This document shows, in pieces, positions 29,886 through 38,947 of a DNA stretch of 64,000 nt; the stretch's first letter is position 1; each line of letters starts with the position of its first letter. The stretch spans positions 208 to 64,207 of the forward strand of contig SXMN01000316.1 in NCBI GenBank assembly GCA_005777315.1, read 5' to 3'. Below the pieces are notes generated by a model. The model had not been told where the DNA came from, made no database searches, and worked only from the letters and a program-made list of their open reading frames with translations. Position numbers and translations under genes: made by a program. Origin of the DNA: Verrucomicrobiales bacterium (lineage in GTDB: Bacteria > Verrucomicrobiota > Verrucomicrobiia > Limisphaerales > F1-12-MAGs170).

Positions 29886-30587
29886 TTACTTCTTGAACTC
29901 AACCACCAGCACTTCCAGCGGCGTGTCATTGAGATTCTCTTCAATGTGCTTTGTTGGTTCACCCCACGTGACATCGCCCGGAGCCTTCGTCGCAGTCCGG
30001 GATTCGCCATCAGGTGTGGTCACCTTCATCTTGCCTTCGGTGAGGAAGGTTACCAGGAACTTGAAGGGATGTTCGTGCGTCACGCCTTTCTCGTGCGGGC
30101 CATAACGCGCGCGGATTACGCGGACCTGATCGTTCTCGGATTCCACCTTGTAACGCTTCGGATCCACTCTGACCCAATCAAGCTGTGCCGGCTTCGTGGT
30201 GATTGAGTCTCCGGGTTTGGATTTCAGCTCCACCTCTACAATCCGCACAGGATGATCGCTCACGTTCAGACTCACATGGGGTCGCGTCGTCGCCGGGCTC
30301 CACAAGGCTTCCCCCGCCTTGAAATTTAGCGTCTCCACTTTGCCCGCCGTATCCGTGAGGATCATCTTGCCAGGGTCGAGGTAAATCATCACGCGGTTCA
30401 TCTTGTGTTCATGCAACTCGCTCTTCGCGCCCGGCGCGGAAGTAACAACCAGAACCCGCGCCTGATCGTTGTCGATCTTGACACGGTCGTCCGCCACTTC
30501 GGCTGCGGCGGCTCGCAACGCGAATGCGGTGAAAGTAAAAACTGCGATCCCACGGTGGGCCGCGACGGTTGGTGAGAATGTATTCAT
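29886..30587 (-). CDS. secreted two-module cupin-like protein
   Basis: Has a signal peptide. Two similar beta-rich halves each contain an H-E-H type motif (SELHEHKMNRVMIYL and GVTHEHPFKFLVTFL). Weak family assignment. Confidence 0.45.
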   Translation of the reverse strand: MNTFSPTVAAHRGIAVFTFTAFALRAAAAEVADDRVKIDNDQARVLVVTSAPGAKSELHEHKMNRVMIYLDPGKMILTDTAGKVETLNFKAGEALWSPATTRPHVSLNVSDHPVRIVEVELKSKPGDSITTKPAQLDWVRVDPKRYKVESENDQVRVIRARYGPHEKGVTHEHPFKFLVTFLTEGKMKVTTPDGESRTATKAPGDVTWGEPTKHIEENLNDTPLEVLVVEFKK

Positions 30588-30637
30588 GTCGGTGGAGTGA
30601 TTTCAGAGCGTGTCGGAAACTGAGTCGTGTCTTCTCC

Positions 30638-31870
30638 TCAATTGCCCACCGCGCGGTAGAACGACGCAGACTTCACCGTCGTGTCGGTGTCCTCAAAAAC
30701 CGTGTTGCCCGACGCATCCATTGTCACCGGACCAAGGGCGCTCCAATTCAAGCTGGGCACTTTGTTTGCCCGTTGAAGTGTGTAGATTTTTCCAGCGGTC
30801 CCGGAGAGGCGGAATTCAGGATTACCGTTCGGCAACAGCCGGTAATTCGTGAATTTTGCTGGAACCAACTGGACGGTGCCAGCCGGGTCGGTGGTTTTGA
30901 GGGGGAATGTTGTGCTGCGCTGCACCGCTCCATAGCCAGCCATTTGCGGAACATCGGTGACAGAGTTGTAGAAACTCAGACCGAAGACAAGAATCCCGAT
31001 GTTGGTCGATCCAGAATGGAAATGCTTCGTGGGAATCACGATGGAAGTGGCCGTGGGATCGAGTGTCCGGGGCACGCAGGAATTTGGCGCCATGAAAATG
31101 AGATTCCCTCTATCGTCGGTGATGATGAGTGTGATGTACGCGCCCGGGCCTTGCGGGGTGAAGGGATTCCATTTCAACGTAAAATCAGCGGCTGCATCGA
31201 TGGCTTGCGCTTCGTCGTAGTTGTTGATTCTCGGGATGGCGGTGGGGACGGCGGGCATCACCATTGAGACAATGCGCTCTGGTTGTCCCGTTTGATTGAA
31301 GCGCATGGTGTAGGTGCCTTCGGGGTAGGCCCCATCCAGTTCCGCTTCGGTGTTGTAAGCTCCATGAAGGCTGATGACTGCCACCTGGCCTGTGAGATTT
31401 GTTTTTGTTCCCGATGGCAATGTCAGCGAACCGTCGGTGACGGATGGTCCGGCGGGTGGACTTTGCACTGCGGAGCTAAAGATTGCCGGCTTGTCGGATT
31501 GAGGCACCACCGTATCGGCGGAAGTCTGGCGGTGTCCGATGAGCTTCGTGACGGAGTATGACCCCAGCGTGGGTGGTGTAGTAGGAAGGCAGATCTCACT
31601 CTGGGGGCCTCCAGGGCTGGAGGTCGCTTTGATGGAGAATGCGGTGATGCGTTGAACAAAGCCGTTGCCGCTCATCTGCGGCACGTCGGTCGTGGAGCGG
31701 TAGAAATTCGAGCCGACCAGGAGCTGGGCCAGATAGCCGAACCCCGGGCGCAGATAATTCGCCGGAATCACCACGGACGTTGCGTTTGGTTCGAGCGTTC
31801 GAGGAACGCATACATTGGGCGCCGAGAATATCCTGTTTCCGAATTCATCGGATATGATGAGTCTGACCAC
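30638..31870 (-). CDS. C-terminal part of a frameshift-split Ig-repeat surface protein
   Basis: The repeated module ...GxYTMRFNQTGQPERxxxMxxPAxPxxIPxIxNYxEAQAIDAxxDFTLxWN...CVPRTLxPxATSxVIP occurs in this ORF and continues from ORF 31845..32918 in another frame. It ends with the ...SASFYRAVGN tail. Confidence 0.7.
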   Translation of the reverse strand: MVRLIISDEFGNRIFSAPNVCVPRTLEPNATSVVIPANYLRPGFGYLAQLLVGSNFYRSTTDVPQMSGNGFVQRITAFSIKATSSPGGPQSEICLPTTPPTLGSYSVTKLIGHRQTSADTVVPQSDKPAIFSSAVQSPPAGPSVTDGSLTLPSGTKTNLTGQVAVISLHGAYNTEAELDGAYPEGTYTMRFNQTGQPERIVSMVMPAVPTAIPRINNYDEAQAIDAAADFTLKWNPFTPQGPGAYITLIITDDRGNLIFMAPNSCVPRTLDPTATSIVIPTKHFHSGSTNIGILVFGLSFYNSVTDVPQMAGYGAVQRSTTFPLKTTDPAGTVQLVPAKFTNYRLLPNGNPEFRLSGTAGKIYTLQRANKVPSLNWSALGPVTMDASGNTVFEDTDTTVKSASFYRAVGN

Positions 31871-32822
31871 GGCTTCCCCGCCTGTTACGGAAAAAGAGTT
31901 CCATCGCAGTGTGAAATCCTTCGTCGCATCGATCGCTTGCGCCTCGGCATAATTCGCGATCTTGGGGACGACACCCGGGGGGGGCGGGCAGATTCATCGG
32001 GATGACGCGTTCGGGTTCGCCCGTCTGAGTGAAGCGCAAGGTGTAGCTGCCTTGGGGACGGGCCGCCTCCACTGCCGCCTCCGAGGTATACGTTTCGATC
32101 AACCTGAAGACGCCGAATTGGAACGCGAGATTCTTCGTCGTCCCGTCCGGGACTGTTATCGCGCCGCCCGTCACAGCCGGGCCGGCGGGCGGGTTCTGTA
32201 TGGTAACTCCGAAGATTGCGGTGGTGCCCACCGCGGGAACCGGGTCATTGGCCGAGGTCTGGCTGTATTGAAAGTTCTTTGTCACGACGTAAGTGCCCGG
32301 CGCCGGTGTCACCGGAGGACAAACTTCATTCGGACTACCACCTGAATTGATGGCGATCTTGAAACTGCCGGTGATGGTCTCCAGCGGCTGGCCCGAAGCG
32401 CTTTTGATGGGAACCTTCGTCCCCGCCGGATTGAGTGTCCAGGTGATGGCCGTGTTGAGCGCGATGGCGAGGCCAGGCTGGAATGTGAGGATCCGCCGAT
32501 CCGCGCCCCAACGGCCGGTGAACTGCGTGTTCACGAAAGCGGGTGTGAACTGATAATTACCGATGACAACCGTTGAAACAGTAGCCTGCAATGGAGTGGT
32601 GATATCCATGGCCTGATCGAATTCGAAGACGACCGTGCCCTTCGGGGCGGCGTTGGTATCGCCGTCGGCCGGGGAGACTGACACAAGCTTTGGCGCGTTC
32701 TGCGCAAGCAGGACGTTCGTTGCCGTCAGCGCGCAAAGAGCGATTGCGGCTCGAAGAAGATACAGGACTCCGCGGACAAGCCGGGAGATAGAGGACAGGC
32801 GTTCGCCTTGGTGGTGATTCAT
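31845..32822 (-). CDS. N-terminal part of the same frameshift-split Ig-repeat surface protein
   Basis: The signal peptide starts at the internal Met (MNHHQGERLSSISRLVRGVLYLLRAAIALCALTA). It has a Big-like SVSPADGDTNAAPKGTVVFEFDQAMD domain. The frame is lost in the C8 run (plus-strand G8 at 31977-31984). Confidence 0.7.
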   Translation of the reverse strand: MNHHQGERLSSISRLVRGVLYLLRAAIALCALTATNVLLAQNAPKLVSVSPADGDTNAAPKGTVVFEFDQAMDITTPLQATVSTVVIGNYQFTPAFVNTQFTGRWGADRRILTFQPGLAIALNTAITWTLNPAGTKVPIKSASGQPLETITGSFKIAINSGGSPNEVCPPVTPAPGTYVVTKNFQYSQTSANDPVPAVGTTAIFGVTIQNPPAGPAVTGGAITVPDGTTKNLAFQFGVFRLIETYTSEAAVEAARPQGSYTLRFTQTGEPERVIPMNLPAPPGCRPQDRELCRGASDRCDEGFHTAMELFFRNRRGSRGQTHHIR

Positions 32823-33053
32823 GAGCTGGTAATTAGTCGAGCGGCGCTCGAACTTCAATGATTCCTTGGGTGGGTTGTCAGCGACGCAGAGTGCTTCGTC
32901 AACATTTTTGAACGACACAAGATTTCGGTCATCAAGGGAACCGTTCCTTCACAAGCGGTGGAAGAAATCCAGCCCGGCGATATCGCGCTGTGGAATTATT
33001 CTTTAGTAGTTGTCAGATGCGGAAAGACGGCTATCCCATGGAAACCACACCCT

Positions 33054-33818
33054 ATGAAACGACCCATTCCAGCGGGCTTGGCCTTTACCTTGATCGAACT
33101 GCTCGTGGTGATCGCCATCATCGCCATTCTTGCGGGCATGTTGTTGCCGGCGCTCGGACGCGCGAAGGAAAAGGGCAGGACGATCCGGTGCAACAGCAAC
33201 TTGCACCAGCATGCCTTGGGCTTTGCCATGTATGCGGACGACAACCAGGACTTCTATCCCGCCTACGAGGATTGGGCCACGTTGGGTGGCACCACCGGAA
33301 GAATGACGCTTGCCGGCGGCCGCGTTCCCAAAGAGAGGCGTCCCATGAACACCTACGTACCGGCAGCGGAAGCCTGGCATTGCCCTTCAGATAAAGGCGA
33401 CTCTCTCTGGAAAACCATGTTCACGTCCGAGTTCAAGAGCGCCTTTCCGTCAGGACGCCAGAGCAGTTGCTACGAGGCTTACGGCAACAGTTACCTGACG
33501 CCTTGGTCGGTGGAGACACTGCGCATCCAGCACGTCACGGGCAACTCGAAGGCCGCGAAAGGAACTCCGGAAGCGACCCCCATGAAAGCGGGCGAGATTG
33601 GGAAAAGCCCTTCCAACAAACTCGTCTCCGGCGACTGGCCTACGTGGGCTGACCGGGACAAAAAGGACACGTGGAGTCAATGGCACAACGTGAAGGGACA
33701 GTACCGTTTCAACATGCTATTCGGCGATGGCCATACCGAGTTTTTCCAATTTCCTGACGAGGCTTACAAGTGGAACTACACGGGGCCGAAACCGGACCCG
33801 AACTACAAGTGGTGGTAG
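33054..33818 (+). CDS. prepilin-type N-terminal cleavage/methylation domain protein, H-X9-DG family
   Basis: [52 protein letters not shown] and C-terminal LFGDGHTEF. The internal Met start is preferred. Confidence 0.85.
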   Translation: MKRPIPAGLAFTLIELLVVIAIIAILAGMLLPALGRAKEKGRTIRCNSNLHQHALGFAMYADDNQDFYPAYEDWATLGGTTGRMTLAGGRVPKERRPMNTYVPAAEAWHCPSDKGDSLWKTMFTSEFKSAFPSGRQSSCYEAYGNSYLTPWSVETLRIQHVTGNSKAAKGTPEATPMKAGEIGKSPSNKLVSGDWPTWADRDKKDTWSQWHNVKGQYRFNMLFGDGHTEFFQFPDEAYKWNYTGPKPDPNYKWW

Positions 33819-34249
33819 CTGCCCGGTCGAACGGGGCCGCCGTGACCACGGATTGAAGCGCGAGCGAGCACAGGCGAGTTCGAATCAGACTTTCGCCGCA
33901 TGCTGAAGCTGGCGGGCAATCACCCACTCTTCTCTGCAACCGACTTTGTAAGTCGTCCTGCGAGACAAGATCGTTGGAACAAGACGCATGTAAACGAGGC
34001 GGCTGACAAAGATTGCTTGTATCCGTTCTGAAGAACTGCCCCCTTCACTGCCCCCTTCACCCTCTGGCAAGCCCGCTCCGCCCTTTTCGCAGAATCTTGC
34101 AACCAATCCGCGCCCTCCCGTGTCGTTGCCAGAACGGCCCCTTGTCGGGCCGGTGATTTTAACTGAAATTGCTCTTATGAAACTGTTCAACTTCGGCTGC
34201 CTGGCTTCTCTCGCTCCTCTTTAATTGTCGCCACAGTCCTCCAAATACT

Positions 34250-35059
34250 ATGAAAACGAAACTTGTCGCGTTGCTCGTTGCCGCCCTATTCGCTTCCGCC
34301 GGCACGGGATTCTCAGCCGAACCCACCGCTGCCGCCACGGACCTGCAAAATATTGTCTCGAAGATCAAGACCAAACTCAATGAGGGCAAACCCACCGAAG
34401 CCGGTCTGGCCCCGGAACTCAAAGAGTTCGATGCTTTGCTGCAGAAATACAAGACCGACAAATCGGACGATGTCGCCATGATTCTGTTGACGAAATCCGT
34501 GGTCTATTCGGACTTGCTGCATGACGAAGCGAAGGGCGACGCGGTGATGCAACAACTCAAGCGCGACTTTCCCGACTCAGAGGCGGTTGCCACGGTGAAG
34601 CGACAGGAGGAGAGCAAGAAAGTCCGCGCTGACCTGGTGAAGGGTGCCGCGTTCCCTGATTTTGAAGAGAAGGACCTCGACGGCAAGCCTCTCTCCATTT
34701 CCGGCCTCAAAGGCAAGGTCGTGCTGGTGGATTTCTGGGCAACCTGGTGCGGCCCTTGTATCTTCGAGCTGCCCAATGTGCTCACCACGTATGAGAAGCA
34801 TCACGCCAAAGGATTCGAGATTGTCGGCATCAGCTTCGATTCGGACCGCAAGAAACTGGAGAGCTTCATCAAACAAAAGAGCATGCCCTGGCCGCAGTTC
34901 TTTGATGGGAAAGGCTGGGAAAACAAGCTGGGCAAGAATTACAGCGTGAACAACATTCCCCTCACCTTCCTGCTGGATCGCGAGAGCAAGATCATCGGCA
35001 TCGATCTGCGCGGGGACTCACTGGAATCCGCCGTGGCGGCCGCGCTCGCTCAGAAGTGA
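34250..35059 (+). CDS. TlpA/ResA-like thiol:disulfide oxidoreductase (thioredoxin fold), secreted
   Basis: Has a signal peptide. GKVVLVDFWATWCGPCIFELP contains the WCGPC active site, followed by the redoxin body GFEIVGISFDSDRKKLESFIKQKSMPWPQF. Confidence 0.85.
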   Translation: MKTKLVALLVAALFASAGTGFSAEPTAAATDLQNIVSKIKTKLNEGKPTEAGLAPELKEFDALLQKYKTDKSDDVAMILLTKSVVYSDLLHDEAKGDAVMQQLKRDFPDSEAVATVKRQEESKKVRADLVKGAAFPDFEEKDLDGKPLSISGLKGKVVLVDFWATWCGPCIFELPNVLTTYEKHHAKGFEIVGISFDSDRKKLESFIKQKSMPWPQFFDGKGWENKLGKNYSVNNIPLTFLLDRESKIIGIDLRGDSLESAVAAALAQK

Positions 35060-35235
35060 GGGTTCGCATCGGCCACGCTTGGGGTCCGACGGCAAATGCT
35101 CCTCATTCAGGGCGACGACCGAGTCAATTCCTGCTCCATCAGACTGTGAATACCGGAAAAGTAAACGGGGCGGTTTGTAAACGGCGGGTGAAAAGTGCGG
35201 CAGGTGGCGCGTTTACAGGCTGGTCGGCGAAACCA

Positions 35236-35949
35236 ATGCTTGCGAAAATGGTACTCCAGTTTGTGATCTGGATGGCGATGGTTGGCTTGCCGTGGAACTC
35301 GAGTGCCGATGAATCGAATCATCGTGAACTAGCGCTCGTCAAGCAGGCCATCGCTGCAACCGAATCGGTGGTGCTTGGAAAATGGGGCTACACCGTCACC
35401 TCCGTGAACGATGGGAAAACGAGGGTGGAGAAGTTCGACCCGACTGAACCGAAAACAAACCGATGGCAGCTCGTGCTCAAGAACGGAAAAGCCCCCGGTT
35501 CCAAAGACCTGAGGAATTACACTGAAGAACGCCTGCATCGACCTTCGGGAGCAGGTCCGCAAGGCCTTGGCATCCAAATCGACAAATCCAGCCTGCAGGT
35601 TGTTAGCAACGACACCGCCCGGATCATCTGCTCCTTTCGCCTGAAGGCGGACGACGACGAATCCCGGCTCATGGCCGCCAATGCCAAGGGGACGCTTGTC
35701 GTCTCCAGGATGCCGCTGTTTGTGGAAAGCCTCCAGGTCACCAACACGGGTCGTATCAGTAGTTCCGCCAGACTCTCCATCCGCGAGTTCAACACCCGTG
35801 TCCAGTTTCGACCCGATCCCAAGCGGGGCGACCCATTGATGGTCTCCCATGTTACGCGCGTCCGCGGTCGTCTCCTGCTGGTGAAGTCGCTCAACGTGGA
35901 ATCGGCAATTTCCTACAAAGACTTCCGTTGGATGGGAGACAAGCTGTGA
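35236..35949 (+). CDS. hypothetical secreted protein
   Basis: ORF 35056..35949. The internal Met gives the signal-like MLAKMVLQFVIWMAMVGLPWNSSA. No recognisable family. Confidence 0.4.
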   Translation: MLAKMVLQFVIWMAMVGLPWNSSADESNHRELALVKQAIAATESVVLGKWGYTVTSVNDGKTRVEKFDPTEPKTNRWQLVLKNGKAPGSKDLRNYTEERLHRPSGAGPQGLGIQIDKSSLQVVSNDTARIICSFRLKADDDESRLMAANAKGTLVVSRMPLFVESLQVTNTGRISSSARLSIREFNTRVQFRPDPKRGDPLMVSHVTRVRGRLLLVKSLNVESAISYKDFRWMGDKL

Positions 35950-36145
35950 GATCGAGCGGGAAATCTGCGACCCGGGAAGCGGTCAGGAAGGGGCCTTGAG
36001 AATGGCTACAAGCTGTATTTTTCCATCGCCATCAGACCGTGAGTACAGGCCCGGTCTCGCCGCCAATCGCCACCGTCTCAGGTAGCGTTGTCTTCCTTCA
36101 AACCACTGACCTTGAGCCGGCTTGCGGCACAGCCGCCAAGTCACG

Positions 36146-36216
36146 GAGACGCAAAGAGAGGTTCTCCAGTTTATCAGCCGAGGGGCGTCTTTGGGTCTTG
36201 GCGTTGAATCAAAACA
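36146..36216 (+). repeat. partial copy (3' half) of the TA-array repeat family
   Basis: GAGACGCAAAGAGAGGTTCTCCAGTTT...CTTGGCGTTGAATCAAAAC aligns with the 3' halves of R1, R3 and R4 (GACGCAAAGCC..GAAGAGCTTTCCAGTTT..CTTGGCGTTGAATTC / GATTCAAAACC). It ends 40 nt upstream of the antitoxin ATG. Confidence 0.5.
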
Positions 36217-36256
36217 CAGGCTTTGCAAAAGGGCGGGCGCTGGGTATTTTGCAGCC

Positions 36257-36472
36257 ATGAGCACCGTGGCTGAAATCAAAACAGCATTCAAACGACTTCC
36301 TGAATCCGATCGCTCGAAACTCGCCGAATGGATTCGGGAAAGCGTGGAAGAACCGGACCCGAAACTGGAGGCGGCCCTGCGTCATTCGTTACGCAGTCCG
36401 CTGAAAAGATACAAACCCGGCCACTTCGCCGCGCTGGCATCGCGCAACCGCCGTCGCGCAAACGCCGCGTGA
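36257..36472 (+). CDS. putative antitoxin (addiction-module component-like) of a ParE pair
   Basis: 71 aa. MSTVAEIKTAFKRLPESDRSKLAEWIRESV resembles the small addiction module component family. Its stop overlaps the GTG start of the ParE-like gene (GTGA at 36469-36472). Confidence 0.55.
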   Translation: MSTVAEIKTAFKRLPESDRSKLAEWIRESVEEPDPKLEAALRHSLRSPLKRYKPGHFAALASRNRRRANAA

Positions 36473-36795
36473 AGGCGGTGGAAGTCTTCGTCCGTCACGA
36501 TGCCGAGTTGGACGCGTTCGGTTATTTCCAGCGCATCTTCGAACACAATTCGGACGCCGCACTCCGCTTTCTCAAAGCCGTGGATCAAACGGTGGAAAAT
36601 CTGGCGTTGCATCCGCTTAAAGGCAGACTGCGACATTTTCGCGGGCGCGATTTGAAGCACGTCCGCTCATGGCGGGTGGATGATTTTGAAGACTATCTGA
36701 TATTCTATCGGTTTACCGAGCCACATTTAGAAATCCTCCGGGTCAAGCATGGCGCAATGAATTTTCCTGCCGCGTTGCGGCGTTTGCCCGATTGA
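36469..36795 (+). CDS. parE: ParE/RelE-superfamily toxin
   Basis: VKAVEVFVRHDAELDAFGYFQRIFEHNSDAALRFLKAVDQTVENLALHPLKGRL...DYLIFYRFTEPHLEILRVKHGAMN is the typical ParE pattern. The GTG start is coupled to the upstream small ORF. Confidence 0.75.
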   Translation: MKAVEVFVRHDAELDAFGYFQRIFEHNSDAALRFLKAVDQTVENLALHPLKGRLRHFRGRDLKHVRSWRVDDFEDYLIFYRFTEPHLEILRVKHGAMNFPAALRRLPD

Positions 36796-36904
36796 AGGGT
36801 GGTTTGGCGTTGATCGGGTTGAAGCAGTCTTCTCAGGGCTGATTAAGCCTTGTTCGAGGGTGGCGGGCCAACTACCTTTCAGCCATCAGCAGGGTCATTG
36901 TCGC

Positions 36905-38947
36905 ATGAAGAGAGCCCTATCCATCAGCCTTGTGTTCACGCTCCTTTGCGAGGCTGCTTTCGCGGCTGGCTTACCTGATCCGCGCGATCCCGAGGCACGC
37001 AACGTGCAACCGCCTTTGCTCGAAAAGGCGAAAAATTGGTGGGCATTTCAGCCGGTGAAGAAACCAACCGTGCCCGTGACGAGTGATCGCAACACGGTAG
37101 ATGTGTTTCTCGATGAAAAGATCGATGCCGCTGGTCTGGACAAAGCGCCTCCGGCTGACAAACGCACGCTGCTGCGCCGGGCAACCTTCGATCTCAGCGG
37201 ATTGCCTCCAACACCGGAAGAAGTCGCCGCTTTCCTTGAGGATCATTCTTCTGCTGCTTTCGAGCGTGTCGTGGATCGCCTCCTGGCTTCGCCGGCGTAC
37301 GGCCAACGCTGGGCGCGGCACTGGCTGGATGTCGTCCGTTATGCTGACTACCACGATGCCGATCCCAAGGCTCGCACCGCGAGTTGCGAACCGTTGGAAG
37401 CCTGGCGCTATCGCGATTGGGTTGTCGATTCGTTCAATCAGGATCTGCCGTTTGACCAGTTCATCCTGCATCAGATCGCCGGCGATTTGCTTCCGAACCC
37501 GAATGGTGAGGGAATTTATTCGGCGGGGTTGATCGCGACGGGATTTCTGGTCAATGGCGCATGGGATCGCGGCGATGCCGACAAGGAAAAAATGGTCAGT
37601 GACATGGTCGATGACCAGATCGACACGGTGGGCAAGGCGTTCCTCGGGCTGACGCTGGGCTGTGCCCGCTGCCACGATCACAAGTTCGACCCGATTTCCA
37701 ATCAGGATTACTACGCGCTGGCAGGGGTTTTCTACAGCACCCATATCATGGAGAACCTGGGGACGAAGGGTGGCGAAATCACACTCAAACGCGTGCCGCT
37801 GGTCTCACCCTCCGTCGCGGCGCGCAGGGACGGCCTCGCACTTCAACTCGAAGCGGTCAAAGCGAAGCTTGCCGCGCTCGACAAACTATCGCCAAAAGTC
37901 GCCACCAATCATCCCGAGCGGATCATGCTGGAAAAAGAGCGCGATGCCGTGCAGGCGGAATTGCCGCCGCCTTATCCGGTGGCGTTGACGGTTCAGGAAG
38001 GCGGAATGCCCGGTGGACTTTTTCCCAACATCCAGGATGTGCCGATCCATCTTCGCGGCAGCTACGCCAAGCTTGGTGAAATAGTCCCGCGTCGTATGCC
38101 TGCCTTCTTCGCCGGGGACTCACAGCAGTCAATCCGTCAAGGCAGTGGACGCCGCGAATTGGCGGACTGGGTCGCTTCAAAGAACAATCCACTCACCGCG
38201 CGCGTCATCGTCAATCGTGTCTGGCAATGGCACTTCGGCGAGGGGCTGGTCCGCACACCGAACAACTTCGGCTTGCTCTCCGAACCACCGAGTCATCCAC
38301 CGCTGCTCGATTGGTTGGCCGCGCAGTTCATCGATGATGGCTGGTCCCTCAAAAAGCTTCACCGCCGGGTCATGCTTTCTGCCGCTTATCAACGGGCCAG
38401 TGCATATCCGCAGCACGGAGCTGCTCGCGATCCCGAAAATCGCTGGCTCGCGCGCTTCTCCGCACGGCGTCTGGAAGCAGAAGCCATCCGCGATGCGCTG
38501 TTGGTTGCTGGCGGCAATCTGGACACAGCTTCGGGCGGTCCTGCTGGACCGGACATAAACAGCCCGAGACGTTCGCTGTATGTCCAAACCGCCCGATGGG
38601 ACCGAAGTAATTTCGCGACGCTCTTTGACGCGGCGAATCCAGACGCGTCCGTGGAAAAGCGAACCGGCTCAACCGTCGCTCCGCAGGCGCTCTTCATGAT
38701 GAACCACGGCTTCGTTCAAACCCAGGCCGGGCATCTTGCAGCGCGCCTGCTTCGCGAAACCGGGCGCGACGAAACCGCTCGCATCGAGCGGGCCTATCAA
38801 TTGTTGTTCGGACGCGCGCCTCACCCTGACGAAATTCAAATTGGCCGCAACCTGCTCGCGCAATTCGGCGGATCAAAGGAAGAAACCGCGTGGCGTGATT
38901 ACACGCACGTGCTCCTGTGCAGCAATGAATTCATTTATGTGGACTGA
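36905..38947 (+). CDS. DUF1549/DUF1553 (PSCyt2/PSD1) domain protein, secreted
   Basis: Signal peptide MKRALSISLVFTLLCEAAFA. RRATFDLSGLPPTPEEVAAFLED...AYGQRWARHWLDVVRYAD is DUF1549. CARCHDHKFDPISNQDYYALAGVF and NPLTARVIVNRVWQWHFG are DUF1553. Confidence 0.85.
   Translation: MKRALSISLVFTLLCEAAFAAGLPDPRDPEARNVQPPLLEKAKNWWAFQPVKKPTVPVTSDRNTVDVFLDEKIDAAGLDKAPPADKRTLLRRATFDLSGLPPTPEEVAAFLEDHSSAAFERVVDRLLASPAYGQRWARHWLDVVRYADYHDADPKARTASCEPLEAWRYRDWVVDSFNQDLPFDQFILHQIAGDLLPNPNGEGIYSAGLIATGFLVNGAWDRGDADKEKMVSDMVDDQIDTVGKAFLGLTLGCARCHDHKFDPISNQDYYALAGVFYSTHIMENLGTKGGEITLKRVPLVSPSVAARRDGLALQLEAVKAKLAALDKLSPKVATNHPERIMLEKERDAVQAELPPPYPVALTVQEGGMPGGLFPNIQDVPIHLRGSYAKLGEIVPRRMPAFFAGDSQQSIRQGSGRRELADWVASKNNPLTARVIVNRVWQWHFGEGLVRTPNNFGLLSEPPSHPPLLDWLAAQFIDDGWSLKKLHRRVMLSAAYQRASAYPQHGAARDPENRWLARFSARRLEAEAIRDALLVAGGNLDTASGGPAGPDINSPRRSLYVQTARWDRSNFATLFDAANPDASVEKRTGSTVAPQALFMMNHGFVQTQAGHLAARLLRETGRDETARIERAYQLLFGRAPHPDEIQIGRNLLAQFGGSKEETAWRDYTHVLLCSNEFIYVD

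Noticed and set aside
34036-34059. Tandem duplication CTGCCCCCTTCA x2 upstream of the TlpA-like gene
   Set aside because: There are only two units with no further periodicity. It is likely a trivial slippage duplication in a promoter region.
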